From contig CM022668.1 of NCBI GenBank assembly GCA_012295275.1, positions 12,586,001-12,650,000 of the forward strand: a DNA stretch of 64,000 nt, given 5' to 3'. Both the position numbers and the translations under genes were made by a program. Below are positions 13,462 through 27,100 of the stretch, piece after piece. The notes below the pieces were generated by a model, which saw nothing but the letters and a program-made list of their open reading frames with translations, had not been told where the DNA came from and did no database searches. The DNA is from Chrysomallon squamiferum. Taxonomy: Eukaryota; Animalia; Mollusca. Position 1 is the first letter of the stretch, and every line of letters starts with the position of its first letter.

Positions 13462-16190
13462 CATACATATATACACATACATAATTCATACATACATACA
13501 TACATAAACACACACACATATATATATATATACACACACAGACACATATATACGTATATATGTCATGGAATTCAGATTGCATAACCAAATTTGTTACTTC
13601 AATCAAGTATCCGCTCTTTTTATGTTTAAGCGATGAAGTCAGATTGCGTAACTTTAATTATTACTACAATCACATCTGCTCTTTTTATTGTTTCCACTAA
13701 TTTTTCAATCCATGGCATTGTTATAAAAAGGCTAGAATTTTGGTAATTAAAAAAGGGAAGAGAACAGAGCAGAGCGAAGTGAGTGAGTGCGAAAGAAACG
13801 GTCAAGATGAGAATTCAGTCAGGCGGGGAAACCAAATGTTTTACATAGATTTCTGTCAATTTAGGGTTTATATTCCTTGATAGGTGCTGTTAAAGCATCT
13901 TGTTACCCTAGAGTGAGCCTTAATAAAACATACAAAGTGTTTAAAGGTGTGAGCCCTATGACAACACACACACAACACACACACACGTAAATATATATAT
14001 GCTCAGAGGAGAAACAAAAAGATTTTAAGAAGATAGAGGGAAAGATGATAGCATTTTAGCTCCAATTTCATTTGGCCAAAATTGAATTCTTGCAATTATT
14101 TATTTATTTTTTTAATTTTATTTTATTAAAAAAAAAAATGTATTTTTATTATTATTATTATTATTAATATTATTTAAATTACATTTTAATAATCTAAGCA
14201 GTTTGTTTTTTTTCCCTCATATTTTTTTAATACAATGTTGGGATATCTCCATTTTTCAGGTAGCACGAGATCACAATAATCAAGATATCACTTTGTTCTT
14301 ACCTTGTAAAGCTTCTGAGACAGGCAAACCCACAAATGGTGCTAAAACATCGGCAGTTATTGTTGCATATGCCAATCCTATTAAATCAAAAGCTCTTTTA
14401 CGAGTTGTTTCTGAAAAAAAAATAACAAAAAATAACAACACTGGCTTGTAGTACGATAATTTTTCTTTTTCTTATACTTTTTTTTACTTCTCCCAAATTT
14501 AATTTATCCAAGCAGAATGATGTTAAACATACCTATCATGGCTGTCATAAAAGGCTTAATGTAATCTGGCCATTCTTTTTTTAAAGTTTCGTACACTCCT
14601 GGATAATCTCTCTGCAACATCTTCTGACCAACTGCCCAGATTAATGCAAGTTCTGGATTAGCCTGGAATTAAATAATTAAAGATTTTATATAAACAGAAC
14701 ATCCAAAATAATTACAATAAATAAATAAATAAATAAATAAATAAATTCTTTTAATAAAGGGATAATCTGAAATATATGAAATAATATTAAAGTCAATTAG
14801 TTTTTATCTAATTTCATTTTCATACACTCACATAAATGTTCAATTTTTTTTTCATTTCATATTTTTATATAGACAAATTAAATCCTTTTTGGACTAAAGG
14901 AAGAAAAATAGCCATAAGAATATTATTCTTATACATTATTTTATTCCACTATATATATATATTTTTTTTTTTTAATATGGCAAAAAACAAAAAAATAAAT
15001 AAAAATAATAAATAAATAAATAAACAAATAAAAACAAAAGATGTAAATATCAATTAAAGGAATATCTTTATAATACTTTCTTTAATATTAAAAAATATTA
15101 AATTTAATTTAAAAAATAAGAAAATAAATAAAAGATATATAATAAAGGAATACAGTAATTAAAGGAAATATAGGAAATTATTGTATTAAGACATCTGAAG
15201 ACTGAACTCACTGTTTTGATTGGGGCTGGGGTTCTTTTCCATACCAACTTAGCATTACATCTGCAATAACATATTTCAAAAAATTAAAATAATAATAAAA
15301 AGGCTGAATAAAACTGGAAAATAATATTACTATTTTATAAGCCTGATATTTTAAAACATGTATTGTAAAGGTATTTTTATTTAATTATCAAGACAGCAAA
15401 AAGTTTTATTTTTCCATTTAATTAACAGATATCTTATATTTGTGCTAGTGTTTTGTAAGGAAATAATTATTACTTTTAATATATTGTACCATTAAATATA
15501 CTATAGCTGTCAGAATCAGCTTCCCATCTTATTAATTATTTTATGTTTCTTTATGTTATCTAATTTAGAAATCAATTTATGTATGATAGGTATGTAACAA
15601 AAAAAACATCTTCTGGCAGCAGAGAAAGATGGCCTGATTTTTGGGATGCACAATCACTTTCCTTGAAGGGGGTTTCCTCATACAAGCCTTTGCTTCGTCG
15701 ATATCTTTATTTCTTTTTGGCTATTTCTTGTGTTATGTAAATTTATTGGTAAATTATATTTTTAAAAATGATATCACATGCAGTATCATAGTATGACATA
15801 TGTTAACTGGAATCTTAAATTGTTAACGTTAATTTAAAATAATTGTCTACAGGAACCACTAAATAAATACAAATACTTACGTATCATTTAAAAGAAGATA
15901 AAGTGTTAATAACTGTCCATAAATCTGAGCTGTCGCCACACCACCAGGTGACTGAATAAATAAATTAAAACAAATTAGGAAAATATGTGGTAAAGCACAT
16001 CAAGTTCAACAGTAATTATTTCTTTAACAAAAAATGTGTGAATGATATCGACTGAACATGCTACTACAGAGAATATATATGTTGATCTTATTGTGAGAAA
16101 CGGTCTTATTTAAAAATACAACACCTCTAATTCTTGGTTTTCTAAGTCATTTAGCAAGTGCACAAAATTCATGCTGTCATCCGACGCCAT
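12541..16190 (-). CDS. COPS8: COP9 signalosome complex subunit 8 (PCI/CSN8 domain), 188 aa, 7 coding exons
   Basis: Exons (high to low) 16190-16125, 15951-15881, 15260-15212, 14662-14533, 14410-14303, 13228-13166, 12620-12541; canonical GT-AG; total 567 nt. [45 protein letters not shown]...[25 protein letters not shown]...[13 protein letters not shown]...FVGLPVSEA...[16 protein letters not shown] matches the CSN8 hallmarks ENQELE.PGG.AT..YGQLL and L..LTDYV.FLEN. Confidence 0.96.
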
Positions 16191-16641
16191 TTTACTTCCG
16201 GTTTTGTCCTGAAAGTATGCAATTGTTTGAACCTATTTTCGAAAACTTTGTTTAAAATAAACGCAAAACGATGTGAATAATTGGTTTCCAAAATTGAAAT
16301 TATTATGCTTAAAATATAATATCTTATAATTATTACTAATAAATTGGAAATTATGATATATTTACTGCTTCGTAGGTCAGAGGTTACAGGAAGCACATGT
16401 AAACAAAGAACTTTCTGCTATTTTTTAACTCGTTCTAAGTTCATATTCGGATGTTTCAAAGAGTATGGCGGTTTTTGTGTAGTTCATCTATTAAGTTTTT
16501 ATAATATATTGATAAATAATCATATAATGTTAAACCGTTGGGTTAATACAGCTTTAAATTGACGCATCGATTTGTTGTTTGTCATTTGACATATTTTTCG
16601 TCTGTTCACAATTATAAATACATCCAAGAGATTTTATTCAG
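16185..16641. promoter_or_regulatory. Bidirectional housekeeping-type promoter shared by COPS8 (-) and MPND (+)
   Basis: Locally CpG-enriched. On the - strand an ETS/GABP motif CCGGAAGT (16201-16194) directly precedes a YY1-type AAAATGGCG (16193-16185) that overlaps the COPS8 start. The + strand has CAGGAAG (~16387) and ATGGCG (16465), plus a donor CAG|GTAAT at 16641/16642 consistent with a non-coding MPND exon 1 spliced to the acceptor at 17166. Confidence 0.65.
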
Positions 16642-17176
16642 GTAATTTTTGAATATTTAAAACATGGCTAGGACTATTTTGCGTTAACAGAAATAATCAT
16701 TAAAAGTGGGTAATTATGTGTTATCAGTCTTCCCATTTGTAGCCTTTTTTAAAAATTATTATATTTTAATTTTACTAATTTACGTTTTTGAAGACATTGA
16801 CATTCTACTCTAGAAAAGAAACAACTTGAACAAGTTCAAGTGAATAATAATTATGTTAAAATATATCTCTTTTTTTCAATGATACAGTATTTTTTGGGTA
16901 CTTTATTTTAATTAATTATTATCAAAGGAGAAATAATAGTAACAACAACAACAACAATAATAATACAATTTAACAATAGAGACAGTGAAATGCAAATAGA
17001 TAGTGAAATAGAAATTGACAGTAAATCCTCTATTACTGATAAATAACTGACGAAAATAATATATGAATACTGTACAGATTAAATAAATTATGTGTATATA
17101 TATATAGATATATATAATTATTATTATTATGATTATTATTATTACCTCTTTTTTTTTTTTTTTCAGGGTCTGAAAA

Positions 17177-17794
17177 ATGACATCAAAACAGGGTGAAGGT
17201 GACAATGCTGAAGAAAAACAAGGGAATAGTTCGGGAGAGGACACGTTCGAGATTGACAAAGCTCGACAGGCAATAACTGGGCGCAGTGTAACACTTTCGA
17301 CTTTACTACAAGACAAAATCATCGAACCAGGGGAGGGTGTTTTGTCTATTGACTATCTTGTGAGTTTTCTTAACTATATTTTAATTCTCAAACAGTATTT
17401 CCCATTCTAACAAATCTTTCTGTTTAGCACCAAGGAATTTCCTGTCTGAACCTTACAATCCATGTAACATTTGTTGACATACTAGTACTAGAACGCCGGT
17501 TGGAATGTGAAAGAGCTAATTTGGCACAATAAATAGGATCTATATATATATATAATTCATTATTACTATTATTATTATTATTATTCATATATGTATTATT
17601 ATTGTTATTATTAATATAATTATTATCATTGCTGTCAACAATATTATTATTTCTTGTTTGTTATTATTGAATTATTATAATCTTATTATTATTATTATTA
17701 TTATTAACAACATCATTATTATTGCTGGTGCTCTTAATCATTTTAATCGTCATCACCATCATTATTAGTATTATTATCACAATTTTGTTGTTAG

Positions 17795-17839
<45 letters not shown>

Positions 17840-20800
17840 TGTATTTTAGGGACAGAAGTTTGTAGCTGATCTTCTTCCGAATGGTAAAATCAAAGGGATG
17901 CAGTCCACTGAATTGTTTCTTACTCCAAGTGCTTGGGCGATTCACTGTAAAAAGATGGTGAACCCAGATAAAAAATCTGGTTGTGGTTGGGCATCAGTAT
18001 GTATCTTTTAAAAATAGATGTTTTATATTAAAATTATTTATAATTATATAACAATGGTTTAGCTCGAATATATAATTTAATAGGCATTATCTTACAATAA
18101 ATAAATTGTTTTTCTTAGAAAACTTGTTGAGTGAGATGTTACTGGAGATCAGGAAAAAAATAATAAACATGTTTTTGTTATTATTAAAAAAAAAATAATA
18201 ATTTTGTATTCAGGTAAAGTACAGAGGACACAAACTAGATGTCTGGAAATCAAGATGGTGTCGCAAACAACGTCCTAGCAGTCCTTACGCTTCAGTGACC
18301 CAGAAATCCCCGGCCAGCTATAGGTCCAACAGCCCATTTGCATCAACCAATCAAAAGTCGCCTGCCAGCTACAGGTCAAACAGCCCGTTCATGACAGCCA
18401 ATCAGAAGTCACCTGCCAGTCACAGGTCAAACAGTCCATACGCTTCTGCTGCTCTTAGAACTAACAGTCCAAATGTTTCATCTGTAAGTTTGTTAATAGA
18501 ATGAAGATGGTGGTGTTTATATTTTTTTCATTATTAAGTTACATTTTATAAAACATAAATTAAGAAAAAGAATGTGTTTGAAAATGTGGAGAGAGTGGGA
18601 GAGAGATTAAGAGGGTGAAAGAAAAAGGAAAAGAGAGAAAGAAATTGAAAAAAAAGAAGTGAAATGTAGAGATATATTGACATAATGTGTCACAGAAATA
18701 TAAACAGATAACAAGTTCTTGATAAAAAAAATACAATTTATTTTACAGGATAAATCAGTTGTGTACTGAAGTAATGGATTTATCTCTTAAGTATTGTGTC
18801 CCATTAAAACACCAAAGGCATAGTCTATTGTTTTAATATAGGATTGTTACAAATACTTTTGGTAGGATGTTATTTATTACAAGTTGTTTCAAGACTATTC
18901 TGAAATTTAAAATTACCCAGTTTATTATAATATCAAAATAAATAATTTGTTATTTACTTTGATTTAGTCTCCTCTCTCTTCTCTTGGTGAAAATGGAGTC
19001 AATGGCGACCATGGATCAAGGGGAACAACTCCAAACACAAATGATGAGAATGCAAAATGTGACTCCATACCATGTCCTGCCCATATAACCTCACTGAAAA
19101 ATGGTTCTTCAAAGTAAACATTTAAAACTGTTATAACAATATTTGTTTAGCTGTTAAGTGATGTTAAAATTTTCCCAATTAATTTTTTTTTTATTTATCT
19201 CACTTTTTTAATATTTAAGGCATCTATAGACATGAGAAAAAATTATTTGTTTATTTTATGTTTTTCAAAATGCATGGATCCAGTCTTTGTTAATAATAAA
19301 GTTTTACAGCAGGATTAAAAATCCACTTTATCTTAGTAAAATAAGACACAAAACATTAATTGGAACACAACTATTACTAAGAAATGTATTTAATTTTTGA
19401 ATGTATAGTAAGATCATGACTTAATGTGGATTAAATGTTGCAAATCCTTGCAGCTGAAATAAAAATCCATTTTTGATTTTAAAATGATAGATGATGTTTT
19501 TAAGTAAAAATGATAAAACTTTCTTTCATTTATTTTGGCCCTTACCTTCGTTTCTTCCTTCTGTCATATCACAATGTCGAAAACTCTTCTCTATTGCTGT
19601 TTTTTCTTACTGTGCTCAAAACTGGATGTCATTTGAAGAAGTTAACTAACTTATTTTTACATTTCTTTGTCTTTGACATTGTTTTTAGGTCTCTCATTAC
19701 CATATATCCAGAAACTGTCCAAGAAGAAGGTAGGAAAAATATTATTCCTCTGAATTAAAAATATATTCTTAATTTCATTAGATAATCATTTTCAGACCTA
19801 TTATCACATATTTTTGGAAGCAGTAATAATGCTATTTTCTAACATTATCTGTAACTCACTGATAAATAATTTTTGACTATGCAGTAAATTATTTTAGCAT
19901 TACAATTTTAAAAGTTATTTTTGAATAATATATATTTTATTTATATTAGTTTTAGGGATCTCTCATTCTTCGCATCATTTTAACATCAGCGTTTTAAATT
20001 TAAAAATTTTTTAAGTATAGTGTAATATTTATATGTTTATTTTTAGCTCTGAATTTATCTATGTCTGGTCCTCATGCTAAGAAACCAGCCTCGGCCATTG
20101 AGGTAGATAAAACAGATGAAAACAAACCTGCCTTCGCTGATAAGGTTCACATTCCAGGCAGTCAGACGCTGTGTTGTCGGCCATCTTTAAAATATTCATC
20201 ACTTGGGAAGAGGAGTAATGATATGTATGTTTGTTTTTTATTTTATAAAATAAACAACAAAAACAATAACAATAATAATAACAAATAAATAATTATTATT
20301 GTTGTTGTTGTTATTATAATTTTTTATTTATTTATTATTATTATTTATTATTTAATTATTTTTTATTTTTTATTTTATTTTATTTTTTTAAATTTATTTT
20401 TTTATTTATTTTTTCTTGTTGTTAAAAATATTTACAGTTCAGAATTGTTATTTTTATAAACTTTGAAATACACACAAATATATTCTGTTTTTTTTTTAAT
20501 ATGGATTTTAAATTTTAACTTTTAAAATTTAATTTAGAAATTAGTATTATCTATTTATTTTAAGTATGGATCAAGGATTTGTATTTTAAATTTAATTAGT
20601 CGTACATTTTTCATTTGTTTTAAAGATTTATAAACATGGTGGGGTTTTTTTTTCTTTTTCTTTTTTTTTTTTTTTTTTTGAGTCAAAAAAAAATTATGTT
20701 GGAGTCATAAATTTAAACTTTGATTTATGGATGTTTAATTTATTTGCAGAGATCCAAACATTCTTGTTGAATGTGAGCGTTTTTCAAACTATGATAAAAT

Positions 20801-21464
20801 CCAGCCATTTACAGTTACCATAACAACCAATGCAATGATTGTAATGGTGAGTTACGTCCTCTTTGAGAACCTAAAATTTAAAATTTAAAATTTACAAAAA
20901 ATTATGAATGCAAAATTTAAATTAAAAAAAAAAAAAAAACATTCATGGAATGTAAGACTGGTATAGTAATTTATAAAATGATTTGTTATCAGTATTAATG
21001 TAAAATATTTTAATTTGTTATATTTTTATAGACTTTAAACCAAGAAAAGTATAAAAAAAACAAAATTAATAATAATAATAATAAATAAATAAAAAAGAGA
21101 AAATTTGATATTTAAAAATAAGTAACAATATCAATATTCATAATAAATAACAATTATTTTTTTAAATTACTAAAAAAATATAATTCAATTTTAATAAAAT
21201 ATGTTAAACAGTACATATGTTTATTTCTGCAGGACTATCACAGTCACATGACCGCCAGTGAAGTGGTGGGGTATCTGGGGGGGAAGTGGGACCCTCAAAC
21301 ACAGCGTAAGCAATATTTATTTTAAGTTTGCAGAATAATGCTTCTGTATTGATAATCTTTAGAGTTTTTACATATATATACGTGTCTGTGTGTGTTTGAG
21401 TATGATTGTGCATATGTGTATGTGTGTGTGATAATGTGCCAGTATGATGTTGTATATGTGTGTG

Positions 21465-21505
<41 letters not shown>

Positions 21506-21594
21506 GTCTGTCTGTTTTCTATCTTTGGTCTTAAGAGACTGTTAATATTCAACGCTTTTTGTTTCTTTTAAGCTGTTATTGAATTTGGATTCTC

Positions 21595-21627
<33 letters not shown>

Positions 21628-24374
21628 AATCCAATCTATATGACTTTATCATATACAGTTGCCATTTATTTTTTTACTTTTTTTTTTTTTATTAATATTA
21701 TTGTAGATAATCTAAAATTTCTACTGCTGTTTCAGATATCACAATTCTAGAAGCGTTTCCATGTCGATGTCGCCTTGGTGACAAGGACCGAGCCCCATCT
21801 ACAGAAGAAGAGGTTAGAGTCATTAAAAAAATTTAATATATTTTTAATTAATTAATTAAATTTTTTTTTTTTTTTTAATTTTTATCGTTATATTTATTAT
21901 CAGTTGAATGTGAATGAAAATTTTCTTTCTTTTAAATTTTTTTTTTTTTCTCTCTCTCCACAGATCCGACAGAATATGAGTCGAGCTTGTCTTCAGCTGG
22001 TGGGGTGGTACCACAGCCACCCCCACTGTCAGCCCGACCCCTCCCTGAAGGATATTGACTGTCAGATGTCCTATCAGCTGAAGATGAAGGGTTCTGGTAC
22101 AACTTATCATCCGTGTTTAGGTTTTATTGTCTGTGAGTAACGTCTTTGATTATTTTATAAACTTTATTTATTATACATGTGTGTGTGTTTATTTTTATTT
22201 TTAAAATTATACATTATTATTATTAAGAAGTCAGAACTGTTTATAATCAATTTTAAAAAAAATTATGATAATGGAGGTTTACAAATTTTCTTGTTTTGTA
22301 TGTATCTTTGGAGAAAATATACAGTTCATAGCAGAATGATAAAAATGTGCACAATGCTTTATTTGAAAAAAATAAAAATTTTGAAAAGAAAAAAGAAAAG
22401 AAAAATGATTGGCTGCTGTTTTTCATGGTCAGCTGAGGAGGATTATCTTTCTTTGAGTGATCTTCTGTACAAATATTGACTTTTCTTTTAACTTCTGCTG
22501 TTAATGAATTCTGCTCTCTGAATTTAAATACAGTGTGCAAAAATAAAGTTATCTTACTGAAGATGTGCAGTTAATAAGTAAATGCCTCATTTCTGGCAGT
22601 CAGGATTATAATATTGAGTTTAAACTGCATTCTAGGTCCTGAAAATTCCAAAGATGGAAGCTTTAGATATTTCATGAATACCTTTTTTTTTTTTAATAAC
22701 TATGTTTCTAAACCAGAAATGTTTTATATGTTCCATCAAAACCAAATAAAGGTAATTTTTCATAAAATCTTTGACTCAGTTTTGTTTTATTTTAGTTTTA
22801 GTCATTTTTAGAAAAGTTAATTATGGTGTTTTGTTTCTTTCAGCAACATATGATGTGAAGCCTAATAAAAATGATGCAGTTTTTCAAGCTTTCTGGGCCA
22901 TGCCACCTCCTGAGGTATTTTAACACTGAAACATTCTCAATTTAAATTAACTTCCACAGAAGTAACAGAATGTTATGCAGTTTATACACTCCACATGAAA
23001 TCTCTCTAGATTTTTTAATTTTATTGCCTGTGAATATCTCAGTTTGACAGTTAACACAAAGGTTAGTAGGTCTGAGTTTTACTGTTCCAGGATCAGTCTC
23101 CCTTTGGGAAATAAATCAATTTATTTCCCATTCTAGCCAGAGCTCTTACTTTGCTTCAAATGATTGTTATTTTGTTGTTCTAGTATATCATTTCTAAACT
23201 GTTTCATTATTAAATAATATTATGTTATTTTCACACTATGTTTTATAACTTGAACAGTTATGAACTGGAGAACTGTTTGATTCAAATCTTTTTTTTTTTC
23301 TTTTTTTTTAATACAATTGATATTCATGAATTTCATTTAAATTTCAAAAATATATATTTAAATCTTTATTATATATTATTATTCTTTTTTTTTTCAGCAA
23401 TATCCAGATGGTTATGGTATTCCTATGAAGATGAAGTATTCCATATATCAGAACACATCTCTGTCTGAAGAACTCTTATCAGAAATGGTTCGTACAGCTT
23501 AAAATTGTTAATATCCCAAGTGACAAATGTGATCTTTTATTTATTATTATTGTTATGGTTTTTATATATATATAATATATGATATATATTTTTTTTAATT
23601 TCAGAAAAAGATAACAGATTTCTATAGAGATGCCCCAGACAGAGTTAGCTTTCTTGAAAAGTGGATAAACAACAAAACATTTATTGAAAAATTAAAGGTA
23701 ATTTTATATATTAGTTTATTTATATACTGTTTTATTTTAATTTTTTTTTAAATAATAATTTAAATAGTTACAAATCATTAATATTATTTTGTATATTTTT
23801 AAGACATCCAGTACTTAATGTCTTGTTGGGGGTTTTTTCTTTATATTTTTTGTTTATTCATTTATTTTTTTATATTAATATTAAAAGTTGATGTTTTATC
23901 ATATAAAATAAAAAACAATGTTTTTATTATTTTGTTCCATTATTCTATTAAACCAAAATTTATTTAATTTTTATTACCCATAAACTGATGTATTTTATTA
24001 ACAATTCCACTCTGTCAAAATTTATGTTATTTTGGTTTATTATCAGTTAAAGTAATTGTTTTATTTAATTATATCAATATCAAAACATTTCAATAAAAAA
24101 AAAACAATTAAAAAAAAAAATAATCTCTAACATTTTGTTTGGCTTTTTCAGACTAGCACAACTAAAGTAATTAAATTTCTAAACTGAAATATGTAACTGC
24201 ATAATATAAAAATTTAAAAAATATTAATGATTAGTATCTATTTAATGTAACATTCAAAATCTTGGTCATTTCTTTTATGATCAGTCTTCCTTGTCGACCA
24301 AACTGCCAAGTGACCAGGTGGAGAAAGGGACATTTCTGGACTACGTCCAAGAACTGTTGCTGCCCAAGAAATGA
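17177..24374 (+). CDS. MPND: MPN domain-containing protein (N-terminal RAMA domain, C-terminal JAMM/MPN+ metalloprotease), ~574 aa, 14 coding exons
   Basis: Exons 17177-17359, 17850-17996, 18214-18483, 18968-19113, 19689-19729, 20047-20224, 20750-20846, 21233-21305, 21736-21812, 21964-22132, 22844-22914, 23398-23487, 23605-23697, 24285-24374; phases consistent; total 1725 nt. RAMA: VTLSTLLQDKIIEPGEGVLSIDYLGQKFVADLLPNGKI...TPSAWAIHCKKMVNPDKKSGCGWASVKYRG. MPN: DYHSHMTASEVVGYLGGKWD...AFPCRCRLGD...LVGWYHSHPHCQPDPSLKDIDCQMSYQ...FWAMPPPE..YGIPM. The two low-complexity linker exons are less certain. Confidence 0.95.
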
Positions 24375-24599
24375 CCAGACTTGGGTAAAAGACTTGACCT
24401 GTTTGGACTGAATAAGTGGCAGATTAATTTTGATGGAGCAGGTCAATACATAGGATTTACAATGGGGCATTTATAACTCTGCGAAAAAGAAAGAAGAAAT
24501 TTGCTACTGTTAAAAATAACACTGGCTGTAGTTGTCAGAGTTATTTAACATAGTGATTGTAAAGATTGAGAAGTGAATGTGTAAAATGATAAAAAGTGG

Positions 24600-25112
24600 A
24601 TGTCTGATTTGATGAAGTGACATTCTCAGTGAAGTGGCAAATTGGATTGATGATGCATTTTTGGATTTATATACTGTTCAGTATGGATTACTGATGAAGT
24701 GACATTCTTTACCCATGAAGTGACAATCTGTATGAAGTGGCATATACCAGATAGATGAACTTTGGATTGACATAACATTCATTATGGATTATCTACTGAT
24801 TTGTTGAAACGACAATCTGGACTGAAGATGCAAGTGTTTGCTGATGAAGTGATGGTTCAAACTGATGCTGGTTTAGAATGATGAAGAGGAAATCATTACA
24901 GAAGAAGTGGGAGTACACATGTATAAAACATTTATGAAGTAATTTGTATTGATAAAAATAACAATATAGATTGATAAATTGGTAACAGTATATTTTACAG
25001 TATTGACTGATGAAATAACTGGACTCCTTGTTTTGTATTTTAATGGTATTTACAGATGAAGTGAGTCCAGACTGATAAAATAATAGTATTCACTGACGAA
25101 GTAACAATCCAG
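24600..25112 (+). repeat. Highly degenerate short repeat (consensus ~CTGATGAAGTGACAATCTGGA) downstream of the MPND stop
   Basis: About 12 recognisable (C)TGATGAAGT(G/A) cores, e.g. 24610, 24691, 24715, 24841, 25007, 25093. Confidence 0.6.
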
Positions 25113-25509
25113 GCTTCTCTAGTCACCCATCTTGACCAGATTAATCAAGAAAGTTCTAACCATTAAATCACTTACTCATCATTACATTTATTATTAGCAT
25201 TAACCTCTTTATTACAAGAACAGTTGCCCTTAATAGTGGATAATAACTGATTGTGACAGAACATTTGATTTAAAAAAAAAAAAATTATAAATAATAATTG
25301 AAAAAATCATAGTTTTCTGGCAGAATGATTTTGAATGAGGCCAACAGAGTTTTAAGATTTCTGTACACATATTTTTTTTACTAAAAAAAGATTATTTGAA
25401 AATGATTCTGGGTTGTGAACAATTACATAATAATAATATTGTTCAAAGAAAGTGCATCTTGTATAATTACACACATACACATGCAGGCACACATGCACCT
25501 ATCTATATC

Positions 25510-25544
<35 letters not shown>

Positions 25545-26312
25545 TTAGCAATCTCCTGCCCATGTCTATGTTACTGAGATCCCAGTCTACCTCCTTCAGT
25601 TATAACATCAGGATAATACCATCCCTAGTCCTTTTTATCCACTGAAGATCCAGATCCAGTCATTATTCAGCATTGTAACATCAAAATTCAGAACTCGATC
25701 CATCTGCATAATCAGAACATTCTAGACCTTGATCTGTTTATATAAACTCAAAATACCAGTCCTGGATCCATATAAATATTTAAAATCCCTTTTCTTGATC
25801 CGTGTAAACAATATTGGCCCTTAATTTGTATAAAATTAAAATCTAGGTTCTTCATAAAAAACCTCTTCTTGATTTTTCTATATATTATTTCTTGATGATC
25901 ATTTTTATGTTCAGTTTTGAAAATTAAAATTGATGTTTCATCATCTTTACTTAATACGTAAATTTTGTCCTACCCATTATGTTAGGACTGTGTAACTTGT
26001 CTTATTAATGTGATTATATATTAATATGTGTTTGTTATGTGCAATAATACTTACACTGCCAGGAAATTTATATTTAGCTAATTATTTTGATTTGTATTGA
26101 TTTCTCTTGACTGGGCTGGAAAAATATTAGTGTTTTATTTTTTTTTTTTTTTTTTTTTTTTTTACATGGCCAGTAATTTCTGTAATACTCTTGTTCAGAG
26201 TTTTATTTTATTACATGGTTCCTATACATCTTCAGAATCCACACAAGTCGAACATTTGTGAAAGGTTGTCAAACTTAATTACTTAAATATCTTCAAGTTT
26301 CAGGAAAATAGA

Positions 26313-26358
<46 letters not shown>

Positions 26359-27100
26359 AGAGAGTGAGAGAGAGAGAGAGAGAGAGAGATCTTCTTAACT
26401 TTCTGATAAAATTTTGTGTGGGAACCATGTATTAAAATTAATACACTTTACATACATATATGACCATATCACATGAAAACTGTTCATTTTTTATATTTTA
26501 TTTTTAATATAAATTAAAGAGAAAAAAGACAAAGGCACATTTTATTAGATAGTTACATACACACAAATGCACAGTAGCAAATACACAATTTAATTACATA
26601 ACTTGGTATATACAGCATAATGAATTTTGTAATTTTGTAATTGTATATTATTTAATCTATGCAATTTTAATGTGTTGTTTATTCAGATTTGTCTATGGTT
26701 GTGAGTCTGTGTTTTATATATATATATATATATTTAGTATACAGCAATATCTATGTAAGTACATGTAATTGTTAGTGCAATCTGTACAGCTGGTGTATAA
26801 TGGGTTCAAACCACAGACATGATTCCTAGTTAACTGAAGATGTAATGTTATCTAAAATAGACTGCTAACTTTTAACAGTGTGTTCCAGAAACAATACAGA
26901 GAGTAAAGTTCTGTTTTCAGATATCCAATACAGGAATAATTAATTATGAATATCAGAAATTTAATTTTAAATGTCCTATTTTTTTTTCCTCTGAAAAAAT
27001 CTATTTTGTTAAATATTAAGACATAGGTAATGCTATCTAAATGCAAAAAAACTGGAATTAAAGTTTATGTAGATGATACCCATATATTGTTATACTGGAT

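Noticed and set aside
13845-13965. Hairpin-rich stretch in a COPS8 intron (H/ACA snoRNA candidate)
   Set aside because: Short stems only and no correctly placed H box; needs an Rfam scan.
24600-25112. Hammerhead ribozyme or C/D snoRNA suggested by CTGATGA
   Set aside because: No flanking helices, paired GAAA or terminal stem found by eye.
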